DNA of 64,000 bases from assembly GCA_002269645.1 (NCBI GenBank), contig NIVC01002134.1, positions 102,146 through 166,145 on the forward strand, in the 5' to 3' direction. This stretch comes from Macrostomum lignano. Taxonomy: Eukaryota. Positions 62,538-64,000 of the stretch are shown in pieces. The notes under the pieces were generated by a model, which saw only the letters and a list, made by a program, of their open reading frames with translations, made no database searches and was not told the DNA's origin. Positions within the stretch are counted from its first letter, which is position 1. Each line of letters starts with the position of its first letter. A program made the position numbers and the translations under genes.

Positions 62538-63904
62538 AACCTGGGGGGACGCATATAAAAATTACCGTTTGATTAGCTGACGAGAGACAAAGGTGTTGTT
62601 GAGTAACTGTTTATCGCCATCATCGCGATCACCTAACTGCGCCAATGCCTCTCTAGATCTGGAAGGCCGCTCTTGAAAATATACATGTTAAGAGTATATT
62701 TTCCCAAGTTAGATAACATCTATTGATATTTACACAAAAAGAAGAGCATTGCTCCAATTGGACGCGTACCTTTTGTTTCAGCTATCAGTGGTAGCAAATC
62801 AATTCAAGCAAAAGTTACATCATGCACACATCAAAACAATATTGATGTTGTAAAAGCAGTATTTAAAGTAGCTGAAGCAATTACGCAACCGAAGAATTAA
62901 CCTGATAGACAATAAAATCAACAGTACTTTCTTCGTTCTTTAAATACTTTATAAAAAAATCACGAGCTGCATGCAGTGCAGACACACACTAAATTTATTA
63001 CTTACATATTCGAGCGTAACAGTGAAATGTAACAGAATTAGGAAGGTAAGCTACATGTCAGACTATACATGTAGAAAAAGCACTTGAAGCATGCATCAAA
63101 TATTGTTTGTCCTTAAATGTATCTTAGGATGAAAACCAGCGTGGTTTATGCATTGGTGTATTCAACTATTTTTCGCTACAATTGCTACCATTGTAAATTA
63201 AAGTTTATACCCGATTTACTGCCAATTCTGATTGTTTACTTCTACGAGCGTAGTATTTTAGCATAGATAGAAACTATTTTATCAAGACGTTTAATTCACT
63301 GCAGCGCGCAATCACCAAGATGGGTTCCAGAAGCAACCGAAAATATCACTAAAATGCAGTAGACGCTACACAATCTCCCTCAGATTTAACTGCTTCTGTC
63401 TCTTCACCCCTTTAAGACGGCTTTGAGCACAACCGAAGAAGCTATAGGAAATGGTCATTATGGTCCTGGGTTCTTGGGTCTAGGTGCAGCTTTGTAGAAC
63501 TTAGTCAGTCTGGTCACACATTCCCTTGTGGGCCGTTTTAGACCTTTGCAGGAACTGTTCTGCAATCGTCAAGAGTAACGGAGCCAAACTTGATGAATTT
63601 TGCGAGACGGTCAACCACTTTGCCTCTGCCTTCCTCCTTGCAAAGACAAGGGCCACGACTTGTTGAAGTTCATTTACACTGGATTGTTCGAGTTTCCTGT
63701 GGCAAATGTACTTGATTCAAACCATGAAGTACTTCATGAAGAACCATGAAGTAGCTTAGTGTTACTCGTAGCGTATTCCAGAAGTTTTATAATATGATGA
63801 GAACTACTTCAATCCTAGAAATCGCACCCGAGTCTCATTTCTTCTGGATCTTATTCCAAGTAGGCTATTTCTGTGTCTTAATTTTTCTTTATTTAAGTAT
63901 CTTA

Positions 63905-64000
63905 CAAGGATTACTGTACTTGATAAACCAAGGGTTAACTGCACTTGATAAACAAGGATTACTGCACTTGATAAACCAAGGGTTACTGCACTTGATAAAC
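63905..64000. repeat. About 24-bp tandem repeat (continues off the right edge)
   Basis: GGTTACTGCACTTGATAAACCAAG units. Confidence 0.85.

Noticed and set aside
45241-62600. Hammerhead ribozyme cores at CTGA(T/C)GAG-like sites (45245, 52421, 57495, 62578)
   Set aside because: None is followed by a stem II and GAAA in the right spacing.
63380-63720. Short open frames on both strands near the right edge
   Set aside because: No convincing splice pair or motif; left uncalled.

Overview
Eukaryotic (invertebrate) genomic DNA with GT-AG introns, GC-rich exons and introns packed with private minisatellites and transposons. The style suggests a flatworm such as Macrostomum (inference only). Genes rebuilt by hand from splice sites: the N-terminal part of Nup98 (minus strand, running off the left edge); NEK10 (9 exons); a 15-exon type I membrane protein of unknown family; an LRAT/PLAAT-domain gene; a fibrinogen-related protein; a convergent pair of ALK/LTK-type glycine-rich-domain genes, one with a PAN-like domain; and a two-exon gene, only partly visible in the ORF track, that encodes a secreted prepropeptide with a 41-aa six-cysteine defensin-like mature region. 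Mobile elements: a near-intact CsRn1-lineage Gypsy element inserted between a host branch point and its 3' splice site, an intact Chapaev DNA transposon, a solo LTR and a truncated sister copy, a 5'-truncated Gypsy, two tRNA-SINE families (one CORE-like), several MITEs, and a DNA-level captured copy of a NEK10 exon. Seven single-base frame breaks, most in homopolymers, point to long-read consensus errors, so pseudogene calls here need read support. All calls were made by eye; no database searches were run.
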